The position numbers and the translations under genes are program-made. A DNA stretch of 63,727 nucleotides, the filler included, from Octopus bimaculoides (taxonomy: Eukaryota): assembly GCF_001194135.2 (NCBI RefSeq). It is 8 parts of 8 records of this genome, joined end to end, with 100 filler letters (N's around TTAATTAATTAA, not from the genome) between each part and the next. Parts side by side here need not be neighbours in the genome. Positions count along the whole stretch, not along the records: positions 1 to 6,881 come from NC_069009.1; positions 6,982 to 14,311 come from NC_069003.1; 6 more parts are not named here. One strand, written 5' to 3'. The notes beneath the pieces are model-generated. The model was not told the DNA's origin. It saw only the letters and a list, made by a program, of their open reading frames with translations, and did no database searches. Shown in pieces: positions 1 through 12,030 of the stretch; position 1 is the stretch's first letter; each line of letters opens with the position of its first letter.

Positions 1-740
1 TTACATCAAGGTGTTTCTGTCTCCAGTTTAAGTAGGTTTGTACAGTATTAGATTTATCTGTAGGGAAATATATGGCATGGTAGAAGGCTGTAAGAACTTC
101 TTTATTATCTTCCCTAGACCATTTTTCATTCTTTTTCTTTTGGTTATTTGATGACGAGCATGGATGGCCATCTGTTGGAATATTCCGGTTGTGGGGTACT
201 TCCAGCTCCTGTGTGTCGAGAAGATTTGAACCAGTAGCAGATTTCTCGTCTCGGATCTGGTTCATTATCCGAGTAAGTGGTCTTTTATAATCCGGTCGAT
301 GACCATTCCGGTTTGTATTTTGTTTTATTAACAGTGAGGCATAACAAGCTTCAACGTTGACGCTAGGGGACGGATCTGTCTGTTTAGGGTTAACTTTTTG
401 AGACAACACCGTCTCCGAGCTCTCGTGACATAGCTTCTTAAAGCTAGCAGATCTATATCGAGTAAGTGGCCCTTTGTGATTCGGTCGACTACCAATCTGG
501 TTTGTGATCTGCTTTGTTATCATTGAGGCATGACGAGCTTTGGCGTTGACATTAGGGGACGGATTTGTCTGTTTAAGGTCAGTTTTTTGAGACAACACCG
601 TCACCGAGTTCTCAGCATGTAAACATTGCTCGTAGTGTAGTTTCTTAAGGCTATCAGATCGGTATTCATCTGTATCTTTTTTGTTGATAGATTTATCTCC
701 AGGCGTAGTGTATTTTTTTTTCTTTTTTTTTGTGTGTGTG
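1..740 (-). mobile_element. 5' part of the ORF of an R4/Dong-like RLE non-LTR retrotransposon, running off the window start
   Basis: Hand translation gives an open frame of about 245 codons ending ...NNQKKKNEKWSREDNKEVLTAFYHAIYFPTDKSNTVQTYLNWRQKHLDV. This resembles the N-terminal KW(T/S)xEEN..V...YY Myb-like motif of R4/Dong ORFs. It is absent from the ORF track, probably because it has no stop inside the window. Confidence 0.7.
241..660 (-). repeat. Diverged tandem repeat with 189-bp period, in frame (63 aa) within the R4-like ORF
   Basis: GAGTAAGTGG at 271 and 460; AGACAACACC at 401 and 590. Confidence 0.85.
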
Positions 741-1585
741 ACGTTTTAAACTTATGAATGATTCACTCTGTCTGTGTTTGTTCACAAAATGAAGATAAAT
801 AAAGAAGAAGAAAAAATTTTTTCCTTTTGCTTCGTTTGTGATATGTTTTCGTATGCGTGAGTGTGTCCTGTGATTTTCACGTAGTTGTGTAAACGTTAAG
901 ATGCATGTGTAGTTCTATGGGTATCAAAACGTATATATCATTGTGTACACGTTCGAGTGTATGCGTAATTATTCAATATATGTACTTACTATTTTGTTCC
1001 ATCTCTTTTTTATATAGTTTGTAAACTTTCCGGTGTTGGTTTTGCGTGTGTGATCGCACGTGTTTCACTGAGACATCGTGNNNNNNNNNNNNNNNNNNNN
1101 NNNNNNNNNNNNNNNNNNNNNNNNNNNNNNNNNNNNNNNNNNNNNNNNNNNNNNNNNNNNNNNNNNNNNNNNNNNNNNNNNNNNNNNNNNNNNNNNNNNN
1201 NNNNNNNNNNNNNNNNNNNNNNNNNNNNNNNNNNNNNNNNNNNNNNNNNNNNNNNNNNNNNNNNNNNNNNNNNNNNNNNNNNNNNNNNNNNNNNNNNNNN
1301 NNNNNNNNNNNNNNNNNNNNNNNNNNNNNNNNNNNNNNNNNNNNNNNNNNNNNNNNNNNNNNNNNNNNNNNNNNNNNNNNNNNNNNNNNNNNNNNNNNNN
1401 NNNNNNNNNNNNNNNNNNNNNNNNNNNNNNNNNNNNNNNNNNNNNNNNNNNNNNNNNNNNNNNNNNNNNNNNNNNNNNNNNNNNNNNNNNNNNNNNNNNN
1501 NNNNNNNNNNNNNNNNNNNNNNNNNNNNNNNNNNNNNNNNNNNNNNNNNNNNNNNNNNNNNNNNNNNNNNNNNNNNNNNNNNNNN

Positions 1586-1903
1586 AGGTGATTAAAAATT
1601 TAAAATTTCAGAAATTTAAACGTAAACTATGAACGTGCGTAACCAGCGTCCATACGTTGATGGAATGACATCATCAGTTTTTAAGTTTTATAGCAAGCCG
1701 AAAGAAAGAAAAAATAGAAAAAGGAAGACGACAGAAAAAGGGAGAGAAAAAAGAGAAAGAAGAACATTCAATCAAACAGTTTTGTATAAATTTGATGATA
1801 TTCTCCTGTCATCTTATTCATTCCTCCAGGGCGTGATGTTAATAACCCGCAAACATATTTCTCCTCATACATTCTGAGAAGTGAAAGTGGGGTAGATTCA
1901 GAT
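1586..1903 (-). repeat. Inverted copy of the Penelope 3' end (pseudo-LTR)
   Basis: Reverse complement aligns with 4814-5132 (last GIY-YIG codons plus 3' UTR), with scattered mismatches. Confidence 0.95.
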
Positions 1904-2429
1904 TACACAAAAAATTCAAGCGATTTTTAGAAGAACATACCTTTTCAAAGACATTCGAAATCTCCTTAATGTCTGTACCAAGCAGTATTAATTTTGAACG
2001 ATAGTGTTCAATAATAGCTTCCATTATGTTAAATGAATTGCTCTCACCAATTAATTTAAACTTTTGAAGCAATGAGTTGTCAGGTTTTGATGTACATATT
2101 GGTATATTTAATGTAAGACCCTCCGGTATAACTTTTTCTTGTTTGCATCTTTCCAGGAAGGATAGATGGCTCTTGATTTTAGCACGAAAACGATTAAGTT
2201 TTTTCACTGACAGAAATGTCGATTTCTCAATTTCTGATTCATATTTGAATGGTACGAAATCCATTGGCCCAGGATTGGGTTCAACACTGGGGTCTAGCGA
2301 AACTAACAGGGCTGACAAGCCAACAGTGACCCGGCTGCTTTGGTGACTTCTAGAATTTCTGTATGTTCCAATTCTTATTCTGGATACCAATTGTTTTATT
2401 GGTCTACAAATACCAGAGAAGTGACACAC
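1904..2429 (-). pseudogene. Inverted N-terminal segment of a Penelope-like ORF, preceded by a 2A-like motif
   Basis: ORF 1839-2429(-) contains SHLSFLERCKQEKVIPEGLTLN, matching the HxxFLxxCxxxxxIPxGL motif typical of PLE N-termini. DPSVEPNPGP is at 2265-2294. Confidence 0.75.
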
Positions 2430-5206
2430 TTTCTATCACCCACCCAGAAATGGCTTACCCCTAGAAAGATGACTAAAAATTATAACTTCCCACATGAACA
2501 TTCAGAACAAATTTTGTCACCCAATAGGTTCCGCGTTTTAAGTGAAGATTTCGAGCAAAGCACAAAAATTGTCAGGAATCTAGTGAAAAAAGACTCTGAA
2601 AACCACTTGCCCGAGAAAAAACATCACACTAGAGAATAAGTCGGCTATAAATTTATCTAAACTAAAACATTCGCCCGACGATGTCTTAGTCTTAGAGCGT
2701 GGACTGAGTTTTTGCCCAAGCACTAAGAATTTCGACAAGAATAAACTAGCTCAAGGGCTATTTCAGTTTGTCCGCCGCCACAAGCTGAAGGAATATCCTT
2801 TTGAAAAACTGGTAACGAAGCGGCAGAAAATCCTATATTTCCTAAAAATGATGATGGCCGAATTTGGCATAATTGGATTGAAAAGAATCCCAATTGGTAT
2901 CCAGNNNNNNNNNNNNNNNNNNNNNNNNNNNNNNNNNNNNNNNNNNNNNNNNNNNNNNNNNNNNNNNNNNNNNNNNNNNNNNNNNNNNNNNNNNNNNNNN
3001 NNNNNNNNNNNNNNNNNNNNNNNNNNNNNNNNNNNNNNNNNNNNNNNNNNNNNNNNNNNNNNNNNNNNNNNNNNNNNNNNNNNNNNNNNNNNNNNNNNNN
3101 NNNNNNNNNNNNNNNNNNNNNNNNNNNNNNNNNNNNNNNNNNNNNNNNNNNNNNNNNNNNNNNNNNNNNNNNNNNNNNNNNNNNNNNNNNNNNNNNNNNN
3201 NNNNNNNNNNNNNNNNNNNNNNNNNNNNNNNNNNNNNNNNNNNNNNNNNNNNNNNNNNNNNNNNNNNNNNNNNNNNNNNNNNNNNNNNNNNNNNNNNNNN
3301 NNNNNNNNNNNNNNNNNNNNNNNNNNNNNNNNNNNNNNNNNNNNNNNNNNNNNNNNNNNNNNNNNNNNNNNNNNNNNNNNNNNNNNNNNNNNNNNNNNNN
3401 NNNNNNNNNNNNNNNNNNNNNNNNNNNNNNNNNNNNNNNNNNNNNNNNNNNNNNNNNNNNNNNNNNNNNNNNNNNNNNNNNNNNNNNNNNNNNNNNNNNN
3501 NNNNNNNNNNTAACCATGGATGTTTCTTCCTTATATCTCAATATTGACCACAATGAAGGAGTAGAAGCATGCATGCATGCCTTTGAAAAGCGGTCAAATA
3601 AAAGTATTCCATCAAATTTACTCTGTAGATTTTTGAGGTTTGTGTTAGAAAGTAACACATTGAAGTTTAGCCAAAGATTTTACCACCAGACGAAGGGTTG
3701 CGCCATAGATACCCCTATGGCAGTTAATTTCGCTCATGTCTTTATGACAAATTTTGAGACAAAGTTACTGAAGACATTCAAATCCCTTCATGGTCATGAA
3801 CCAATACTCTGGTTACGGTTCATTGACGACGTATTTTTTGTCTAGGAAGGATCACAGGAGAGTTTAATGGACTTCTTGCATTTCTGTGATTGTTTTGCTA
3901 GAAACTATGGCTTTAAGTCCAACATAAAATTTACGTCTAGTTTTTCAAAAACTAGCGTTGAATTTTTGGACACAAAAGTCAAGTTTTACTGGAGGCAGAA
4001 TAGTGACAGACTTATTTTGCAAGCCCACGTCACCCCACATTTATCTCCACCGCCGATCCGATCATCCACACCATCTTATTCAATCAAATCCGAAATCCCA
4101 ATTTTTGAGGATAAAACGGATTTGTCCTGACATAAGGGATTACTGAAAACATGCAAATGCTTTCGTATGTCATTATGTCAAACGAGGCTACAGTGAATCA
4201 CGTTTAAAGGAAATAGCAAATGAAATAGGTAAGATTAACAAAGATAGTCAAACCTACACGCATAATTTTAGCAAGCAAAATACAATTGATGACAGAATTC
4301 CTTTAGTGATCAGCTGGAACCACTGGCATTTCAAAAGTGTTGCATGAAAGTTACCAGCATTGGCGAAACAATATCCCAGTCTCAAACAGATATTTCCTCA
4401 GCCGTCCATTGTAGCTTTTCGACGGAATATGAACGTAAAAGAATTATTGACCTCTATATCTGACTGCAAGAAAACGAACATTGGAGTATTTGCACGCTGT
4501 ACCTTAAAAAACAGCCGCAAGAGAGGTAAGCCTTGTTCATTTTGCAACAACATGAGTGAAGTGGATTCCATCACAAATCATAACATTTCTGTTGTGATTT
4601 ATACAAAGATTCCCATTTAGTGTACGGTGCAGAATGCACGAAACACAACTTGATTTATGCTGGTTGTACAACGGAACAATTAAACAAAAGGTTTAAAGCG
4701 AACATATTCGACGTCGGGCACAAGAACAGTAGTTCAACAGAACTTGCTGAACATTTCGTTCAAGCGGCTGCAATTTTGAAGAAGACTTTAAAGTGCATAT
4801 TCTCAAAAAATATTCTGAATCTAACCCACTTTCACTTCTCAGAATGTATGAGGAGAAATATGTCTGCGGGTTATTAACATCACGCCCTGGAGGTATGAAT
4901 AAGATGACAGGAGAATATCATCAAATTTATACAAAATTGTTTGATTGAATATTCTTCTTTCTCCATTTTTCTTTCCTTTTTTTCTGTCGTCTTCCTTTTT
5001 CTATTTTTTTCTTTCTTTCGGCCTGTTATAAAATTTAAAACTGATGATGTCATTCCATCAATCTATGGACGTTGGTTGCTCTCGTTCATGGTTTACGTTT
5101 AAATTTCTGAAATTTTTAATTTTTAATCACCTCTTGTTTTGAATTGTTGAAATATTGTTCAACGAATAAAATATCTATACAATCGGATCGCGCTCTTCGT
5201 CTTGAC
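2430..5206 (+). mobile_element. Penelope-like retroelement (probably Neptune-type), RT + GIY-YIG, disrupted
   Basis: INLSKL...ERGLSFCP (about 2645-2720); RT motifs MDVSSLYLNI, QTKGCAIDTPMA, WLRFIDDVF, VEFLD (3516-3970); thumb TDLFCKPTSPHIYLH..SDHP; Cys linker CTLKNSRKRGKPCSFC; GIY-YIG LVYGAECTKHNLIYAGCTTEQLNKRF; stop about 4948. Contains internal stops, frameshifts and a gap at 2905-3510. Confidence 0.93.
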
Positions 5207-5300
<94 letters not shown>

Positions 5301-5334
5301 TATGTTTCTATTACTTCTGTTATTTTTTCTACTT

Positions 5335-5995
5335 AGAAGGTGTCCAGTTTTCTATTATTAATTGAGGAGATGAAGTTATGTGTTAGACTATATCCTATTC
5401 TTATTGTTTTCTTATTGATTATCTCCCAATATTTCTTTTTTGCATTTGTAAAGTGTTTGTTAATTAAACTAAAAATTGTTTTTACTATGTTATTCTTGAT
5501 TTGCATAGCGAAAGGGATTAACAGCTATATAGTATCTATTTCATTATTTCCCTTATTAGGGTTACTTATATTATGTGTAAATTTTCTATTATTCTTATTT
5601 TTATTTTTATAGCTAATAATACTAATTTTGTGATAATTTTTACTATTATTACTAATGATTTTATTATTGTAATTATTATTATTGTTGTTGTTATTATGTC
5701 TATTATTATTTTCTATGGGTTGTCTTATCGTATTTTTAACATTTCTTTTTTAATATTGTTATTTTTATCTTCATCTTTGGCAATGTTATATTTGTGTAAA
5801 TTTTGTGGGTTGGAGGTAGCTACTCTATGCTGGCTATTATAGTTAATATTATTGGGGAGGTATTTGATTTTATCTTTACATCCGGTATAAATATCTCTTC
5901 ATTAGAGGAGAGGTTTGAAATTCTTTTATTTATATTTAGTAGTAGGGCTTTTTTTAATTTTCGAGGGATTGTTACTAGAATTATTTATATATTTT
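5335..5995 (-). mobile_element. Second Penelope-like family: degraded thumb/linker fragment
   Basis: Minus-strand translation gives KIKKALLLNINKRISNLSSNEEIF and PFAMQIKNNIVKTIFSLINKHF...KKTIRIGYS, matching PLE thumb and linker motifs. Confidence 0.65.
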
Positions 5996-6029
5996 AATGT
6001 AGAGTTTTCTTTTTTTTTTATATAAGGCT

Positions 6030-6235
6030 CATGGAGTCCGGTATTTATAAGATAGTATGAAACAGATACTTAATTGTCATAAATATACAGTTAGAAACAG
6101 AAATAGGAGAAATTCTACTAGGTTAAGTAGCTATATATGGGAACTTAAGGATGGGAAAATTAACTATAATTTAAATTGGAAAATATTAACAACAGCAACA
6201 TCGTATAATACTAAAAATAGAAAATGTTCCGTATT
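6030..6235 (+). mobile_element. GIY-YIG C-terminal fragment of a Penelope-like element
   Basis: NSTRLSSYIWELKDGKINYNLNWKILTTATSYNTKNRKC matches the PLE STxLSxYIWELK...WKIL...Y....C motif. Confidence 0.75.
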
Positions 6236-6840
6236 AATTAAATTTTCTTCATAATTGGGACTAAAATTCCCCTTATTAACAGTTTTAAGGAACGCAACGG
6301 TTCCTGTCTTCATACAATTTGGTATACCTTTTCCAAATACCACTAGAACCTAATATTAAAATAACCCTAGTGACATAATAATAATATATATTATTATTAT
6401 TCGAGTTATTATTGATGTTATACGATATTATATAATATGTAATAATTATGCAGGTATATATAAAAGAGGATATATATTAAGTTAGCTATAATTATATACA
6501 TATATGTATGTGTGAGTATATATTACTATCGTTGCTACTTTTGTATTAATATACGTGGATACGTGTGTATATATGTATCTATGTGCACGTACTTGTATAT
6601 ATATATATATATATATATGTATGCACACGCATATATGTAGGTTTAGGTAGGTATGTTTTTTGCTAGTACCTTTCACAGTTAAACATTGACAAGCTTATAA
6701 TTTACATTTCATTACACCGCACAAGTATATAAAGTAATAACATTATCTAGTACTAGCCTTTGGATTTAATCAGGGTTTTTTAGAACATTTTTTATATAAG
6801 ATAGTATTTATGTGTGTATGGGTATATGCATATACATATG

Positions 6841-6881
<41 letters not shown>

Positions 6882-7059
6882 NNNNNNNNNNNNNNNNNNN
6901 NNNNNNNNNNNNNNNNNNNNNNNNNTTAATTAATTAANNNNNNNNNNNNNNNNNNNNNNNNNNNNNNNNNNNNNNNNNNNNCTATAGCCAATCCTTAAAA
7001 TTCACCCTTCGCTCTATCTACCTCGCTTTCTCTTTATTTTCTTTTCTTTCATTTTACTA

Positions 7060-7460
7060 CTTAATAGCCACCTCCTCTACTATTCTGTTTTTGAACGTTG
7101 ATATGTTCGCGTCTAATATATCAGGATTTTAACTCTCATGGATCTACGCAGGATTGCACCTAAGGACTTACGCTCATACATCTGCGGGGGATTGCACCTA
7201 ATGACTCATGCTCTTGTTTCTATAACTTCGGAAAGTTGAACTATGAACTTTTATGCTTCATTTTTCTTCTTTCCTTCCAACTCTTTATAGTTTTACTCCC
7301 TTCCTCTATGCCGTCATCCCATTAATATACACCATTTTCAGTTTCCCTATTTGTCTCTGATGACGGAATATCCCATACTCTGGGATATCCCAGAAACAGC
7401 TGTAAGACTTCGAATTTTCTCCAATAATACTGTATACGACTTGAAATGTTTGCTTTGCCT
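7060..7460 (+). mobile_element. Non-coding repeat carrying a hammerhead ribozyme (PLE pseudo-LTR or retrozyme-like)
   Basis: Contains the hammerhead at 7353-7408 and a short internal direct repeat (GGATTGCACCTAA twice). No ORF. Boundaries are approximate. Confidence 0.5.
7353..7408 (+). ncRNA. Minimal type I hammerhead ribozyme
   Basis: GTCT-CTGATGA-[stem II ATATCCCA/TGGGATAT]-GAAA-CAGCTG-TA-AGAC. Complete catalytic core, palindromic loopless stem III, 4-bp stem I, predicted cleavage after GUA (7404). Confidence 0.85.
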
Positions 7461-7907
7461 TAATGTTTGTTTCCTCTTAAACAATTATATATATATACAT
7501 ACATACATACATACATACATACATACATACATACATACATACATACATACATACATACATACATTCATATAATACCAAACTATTGAAGATCTACGTTTCT
7601 GACAGTTGTTGACTCCAATGTTTGTGTTGCCTTTTATGTGAGAGTGTGTGGACGTGTATCTTTCTATGTCTGTGTATATATATTTGAATGGATGCGTGCA
7701 TGTCGTCATCGTTTACATACATACACACACACATACATATACACATACACATGTTTGTGTGAATATTTATGTATGTTTGTATGTATCATTATCTGATAAG
7801 CTATGTGATGGCGAAACTTCAAATTTTGGTATAAATGTTTATGCAGTTATTTTTAAAATTAAGGGAAAATCATTAAGTTCTCTTTTGCTTTTTAAATCTG
7901 TATTTCT

Positions 7908-7982
<75 letters not shown>

Positions 7983-8339
7983 TCTGTGTGTGCATGTTTA
8001 TGTGTGTCTGTGTGTGTGCATGTTTATGTGCGTGAGTGAAGGTGTGTACGATAATCTATTCCCTTTGAGACTGGTAGGACCAGTAAACAACGATACAAAC
8101 TGGTATCGTTCCAGTAGGAATTATGGCATTCCGTCAACCCCAGATCTAATACTTGTTTCCAATGCTCACGATTGAATGAGCTGCACTATTTAGTAAGTTT
8201 AATTTTACTACGCACGAAATCGTAATTACATTCCCAAGTGCGTCTTTGAATTGCACTCCCATACCGAGAGTATATCACTGATTACTTTCACACTGTAAGA
8301 TAGAATAACCCAAATTATATAAATTAAATATTTGTTGCT

Positions 8340-8470
8340 GGTTCTGTCTTCAGTAGATGGGTTTCCTAATTTCTTGTGATGACGATGCTACTGTATGGTG
8401 GATTAAACCAAATTATATTCTTCTTTCTGGTTCTGTTATTCAACATTCGTGTTCCTAAAATACATTTCTG
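8340..8470 (-). mobile_element. Penelope-like linker fragment
   Basis: Minus-strand translation RTRKKNIIWFNPPYSSIV at 8385-8435. Confidence 0.6.
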
Positions 8471-8788
8471 CTCTTGGATGGGTTCACACACGCTGTTCTT
8501 AATACATCATTGTCTCACTGAAGTTACTTCTTTATAGATTGTTACAATAACTAGAAGGCGGCACAGTTTAAAATATCGCTAAAGATAAATGTGTGCGCGT
8601 GTGAGTTTGTGTGTATATGTGTGTGTCTGGGCGCGCGCGTGTGTGTGTGTGTTAATGAAAATGACAACTATAGACGTAACTTCAATAAATTAGAAATACA
8701 GTTTCAATCTTTAACTACTTAGTTTTAATACAGAGTCCTTATATCAAGTTATTACACATCACATAAGGGATATGTGCGCGTATGCGTG

Positions 8789-8829
<41 letters not shown>

Positions 8830-9344
8830 CTTGTTTCCAATTAATGTTGCAGTTAGAAGCATAGAAGGTCGAAATTTCGAAGTCTCCTTTATCACTATTC
8901 TTGAAAATGTACAATAAATGTGCTCTATAAAAAGTATTGAGTACCCCTTCAATTTAATGTAAAATTGCTTTTATTGTAACTCAACTCAAAAACAAGCATT
9001 ACTGTGTGTGTATGTGTGCATCCATGTGCGTGTGCGTGTACATATAGTGAATGTATGCATACAAGTTCACATATACTTATGCATGTGGACATATATGTAA
9101 ATATAAATATACATATGCATAAACATAGGCATGTGTGTGAGTGCGTGTGTGTGTTTATGTGTGTGTGTACATCAATGCATAAACAAGCACTTTCAGCACC
9201 AATTTCGAGAATGTGCCATAAATTCATACCAATAATTACGAATTGATACATACGTAACATACATACATACATACGTAACATACAACCATACCTTCATGCT
9301 TACGTACCTACGTACATACATACATACATACATACATACATACA

Positions 9345-9375
<31 letters not shown>

Positions 9376-10359
9376 GTACGTATATATGTACATATATATA
9401 CATACATACGCATGTACTTACATAGATTCATATTTACTTGTATTTATTTGTATTTGTGAAAATTCGATGGTACACATTTATGTGTGTTAATGTTTATGTA
9501 CGAGTATGTGTTGTTCTGCATGTGTATGTGGGGTTTTAGCTTATATATCTAAGTGTATATTTATAGTGCTTGCAAGTTCGTGTGTTTGTATGTGATTTTG
9601 TATGTACATATATATTCATGTTTGTGTGAGTGCAAATATGCAAATATGTGTTTGTATATATGTATATTTGTGTTTGTGTCCTTTTGTGCATGAATATATA
9701 TTATACACATGCATACGCTTGTATATATGTGCATCATATATATTCAAGCAAAAAAAGACATACACTTATATGCACATATGTGTATAAATGTATTATACAC
9801 ATGTGTATATATGTATTATTTATGTATATTGTAATTTAAATGTTGGGAAACTGAAGAACGAAACCAGATATGTATTTACACATGTCTATAAATATATATT
9901 TGTTTAGCCGGAAGTAGACCTACATTTCTCACCTTATTAATGTTCATCAGCAGAATGAAAGAGAAAAAGCAGTATATAAAATTCTCATTATTGATATATG
10001 TTGAACATATTGATATAGGATTTAGTTACCGTAACTTGTGAGAATTACCAAATGGAACCGAATCGAAAATAATAAAAACCAGTCGGAAATCTGTTATTTC
10101 CAAAAACACTCCTCTTATATACGTAAAACATCGCACAAGCGTGAATGTATCTGAGTGTATGCACGTATCGATATCGACGCCTGTATTTTTAGTAATGTGT
10201 TTATATCTGTGCTTGTATGTATGGATGAGGGCTTGCAATTTTGTTGGTATGTGCACATGCGTGCATGTACGTATGAATATGAGTGCATATATTTCATTTA
10301 GCATGTTTATATGTGCGTGCATGAACGTATGATACCTGGGAAATGCATGCATAGGACCA

Positions 10360-10570
10360 CCCTGCCTGACAATGTTGCACCAACAGAGATGTCACCTCCT
10401 ACGAACAGAACAGAATCGCAGGAGCACAGAGAAACTACTTGCCTTCATTCACAACAGAACACCAGTGTCTAACCTGCGGCAGAACCTTCCAAGCGCGCAT
10501 TGAACTGATTCGACACCACAAGACACACCATGACCCTTTTCCCATGTGATATCCTTGGTTATCGTCGATA
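10360..10570 (+). mobile_element. RTE-clade LINE 3' end
   Basis: QCLTCGRTFQARIELIRHHKTH, an RTE C-terminal zinc-finger-like motif, at 10463-10549, followed by a stop and short tail. Confidence 0.7.
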
Positions 10571-10814
10571 CATAAATTTGTATGCTTGTGAGCGCGTGTG
10601 CTCTCCTGTTAGCGTACAAATATGTCTGTAGGAATGTGTGTGCATAGTTTTATTAATATGTGCATATGTGAGAATTTGTGCGGGTTTATGTGTATCTATG
10701 AAAATGCCTATCTGTATATTTATGTGTGTGTATTTAGGCATGTATATGTATTGTTTTGTATATGTTTGTGTTTGTGTCTTTTTGCTAGTTTTATATGTGT
10801 GGTATGATAAGACA

Positions 10815-11135
10815 CATGATTTAACGGTTAGGGTATTCGGCTCACAATCGTAAGGTTGTGAGTTCGATCTCTGCAACTCGTTGTGTCCTTGATCAAGACA
10901 ATTTACTTCACATTACTGCAGTCCACCCAACTGGTAAAAATGAGTTGTACATGTATTCCAAAAGGTCAACATTGTGCCACTCTGTCACATTGAATCTCCC
11001 TGAAAACTATGTTAAGGATACGCGTGTCTGTGGAGTACTCAGCCACTTGCACATTCATTTCACGAACAGTCCATTCCGTTGATCGGATCAACGGGAAATC
11101 TCGTCGTCGTAACCGATGGAGTGTCAGTTTATATG
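10815..11135 (+). mobile_element. tRNA-derived SINE (family C)
   Basis: Degenerate A box and GAGTTCGATC B box. The 3' half matches 54420-54590. Confidence 0.7.
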
Positions 11136-11974
11136 TGTGGAAGCGTATTTCGTATGTGTTTGCGTATGTGCGTGCATGTTTTATGTTTGTGTGTGTATGT
11201 AAATTTATGTTTATGCGTACGAGCAAATTTTTTGTGTATATCTGTGTATGGTTATGTTAGTGTATGTGTGCGCATATTCGTATATGTTTGTGCGTATATT
11301 TATGTGTTTTTATGTGTGTGTATGTTTATACCTGAAGATATTTTTTCAAACTACAATTTTCAATAACAAAATTCTGTTAATATTTTTTCTTTCTTTCTCA
11401 TATTTTACATTTCAGATGCAATTATTTTCCGGGAAATAGTTCCAAAACATGGCACAGAGGAGTAGAGTCATAGTGCCAACAAAAGTGTGTCAATAACAAA
11501 AAACAACAAAAATATTAAAACAGAAAAAACAATAATCTAAAACAGAGAAAAGAAAGAAAATTTCTCTCAATCCAGTTCGATCGCAAACAGTTGGAGTTAC
11601 CTCCCTTTGTTGTAGCATTCTTCACTCAAAAAAGTACATATGTTGACGTTTATTTCATATTTTTGTTATTCATAATATTTTCCCCCTTTCTTCCTGTCAT
11701 TTTGTATCTTCTACACTGCACAAAGAAAAACAAAAATATGAATTTAAGAAACACACCAACAACACGGTTCCAACCGATTTTCGTTGTTTTCGTAAAACCC
11801 TTTACCTTGAGTCACCCCCCACCCCTCATTACATTAATCACCTATTTTTATGATTTATGAACTTCTTTTTTTCTTCTCCTTGTGTGAAATTGTGATGTAA
11901 AAAGAAGTAATAAATGAAAACAAAGCAAACACTTGGTGTATTACTCAAACCATGAGTAACGAATATAATAATAT

Positions 11975-12030
<56 letters not shown>

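Noticed and set aside
241-660. Spaced repeats that might suggest a CRISPR-like array
   Set aside because: It is a continuous 189-bp diverged tandem duplication within a eukaryotic retrotransposon ORF, with no unique spacers or cas genes.
1046-1632. Long ORFs made of X (also around 2848-3658, 17133-17855, 44398-45063, 57342-57928, 60953-62012)
   Set aside because: Artefacts of translating N runs.
5031-5106. Hammerhead-like CTGATGA with a possible AAATTTAAA/TTTAAATTT stem I in the Penelope pseudo-LTR
   Set aside because: The GAAA half of the core is missing in both copies, so no ribozyme can be called. Worth rechecking in the family consensus.
8376-8521. GTGATGA...CTGA resembling a C/D box snoRNA
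   Set aside because: The opposite strand encodes a Penelope linker motif (IIWFNPPYS), and no terminal stem is seen.
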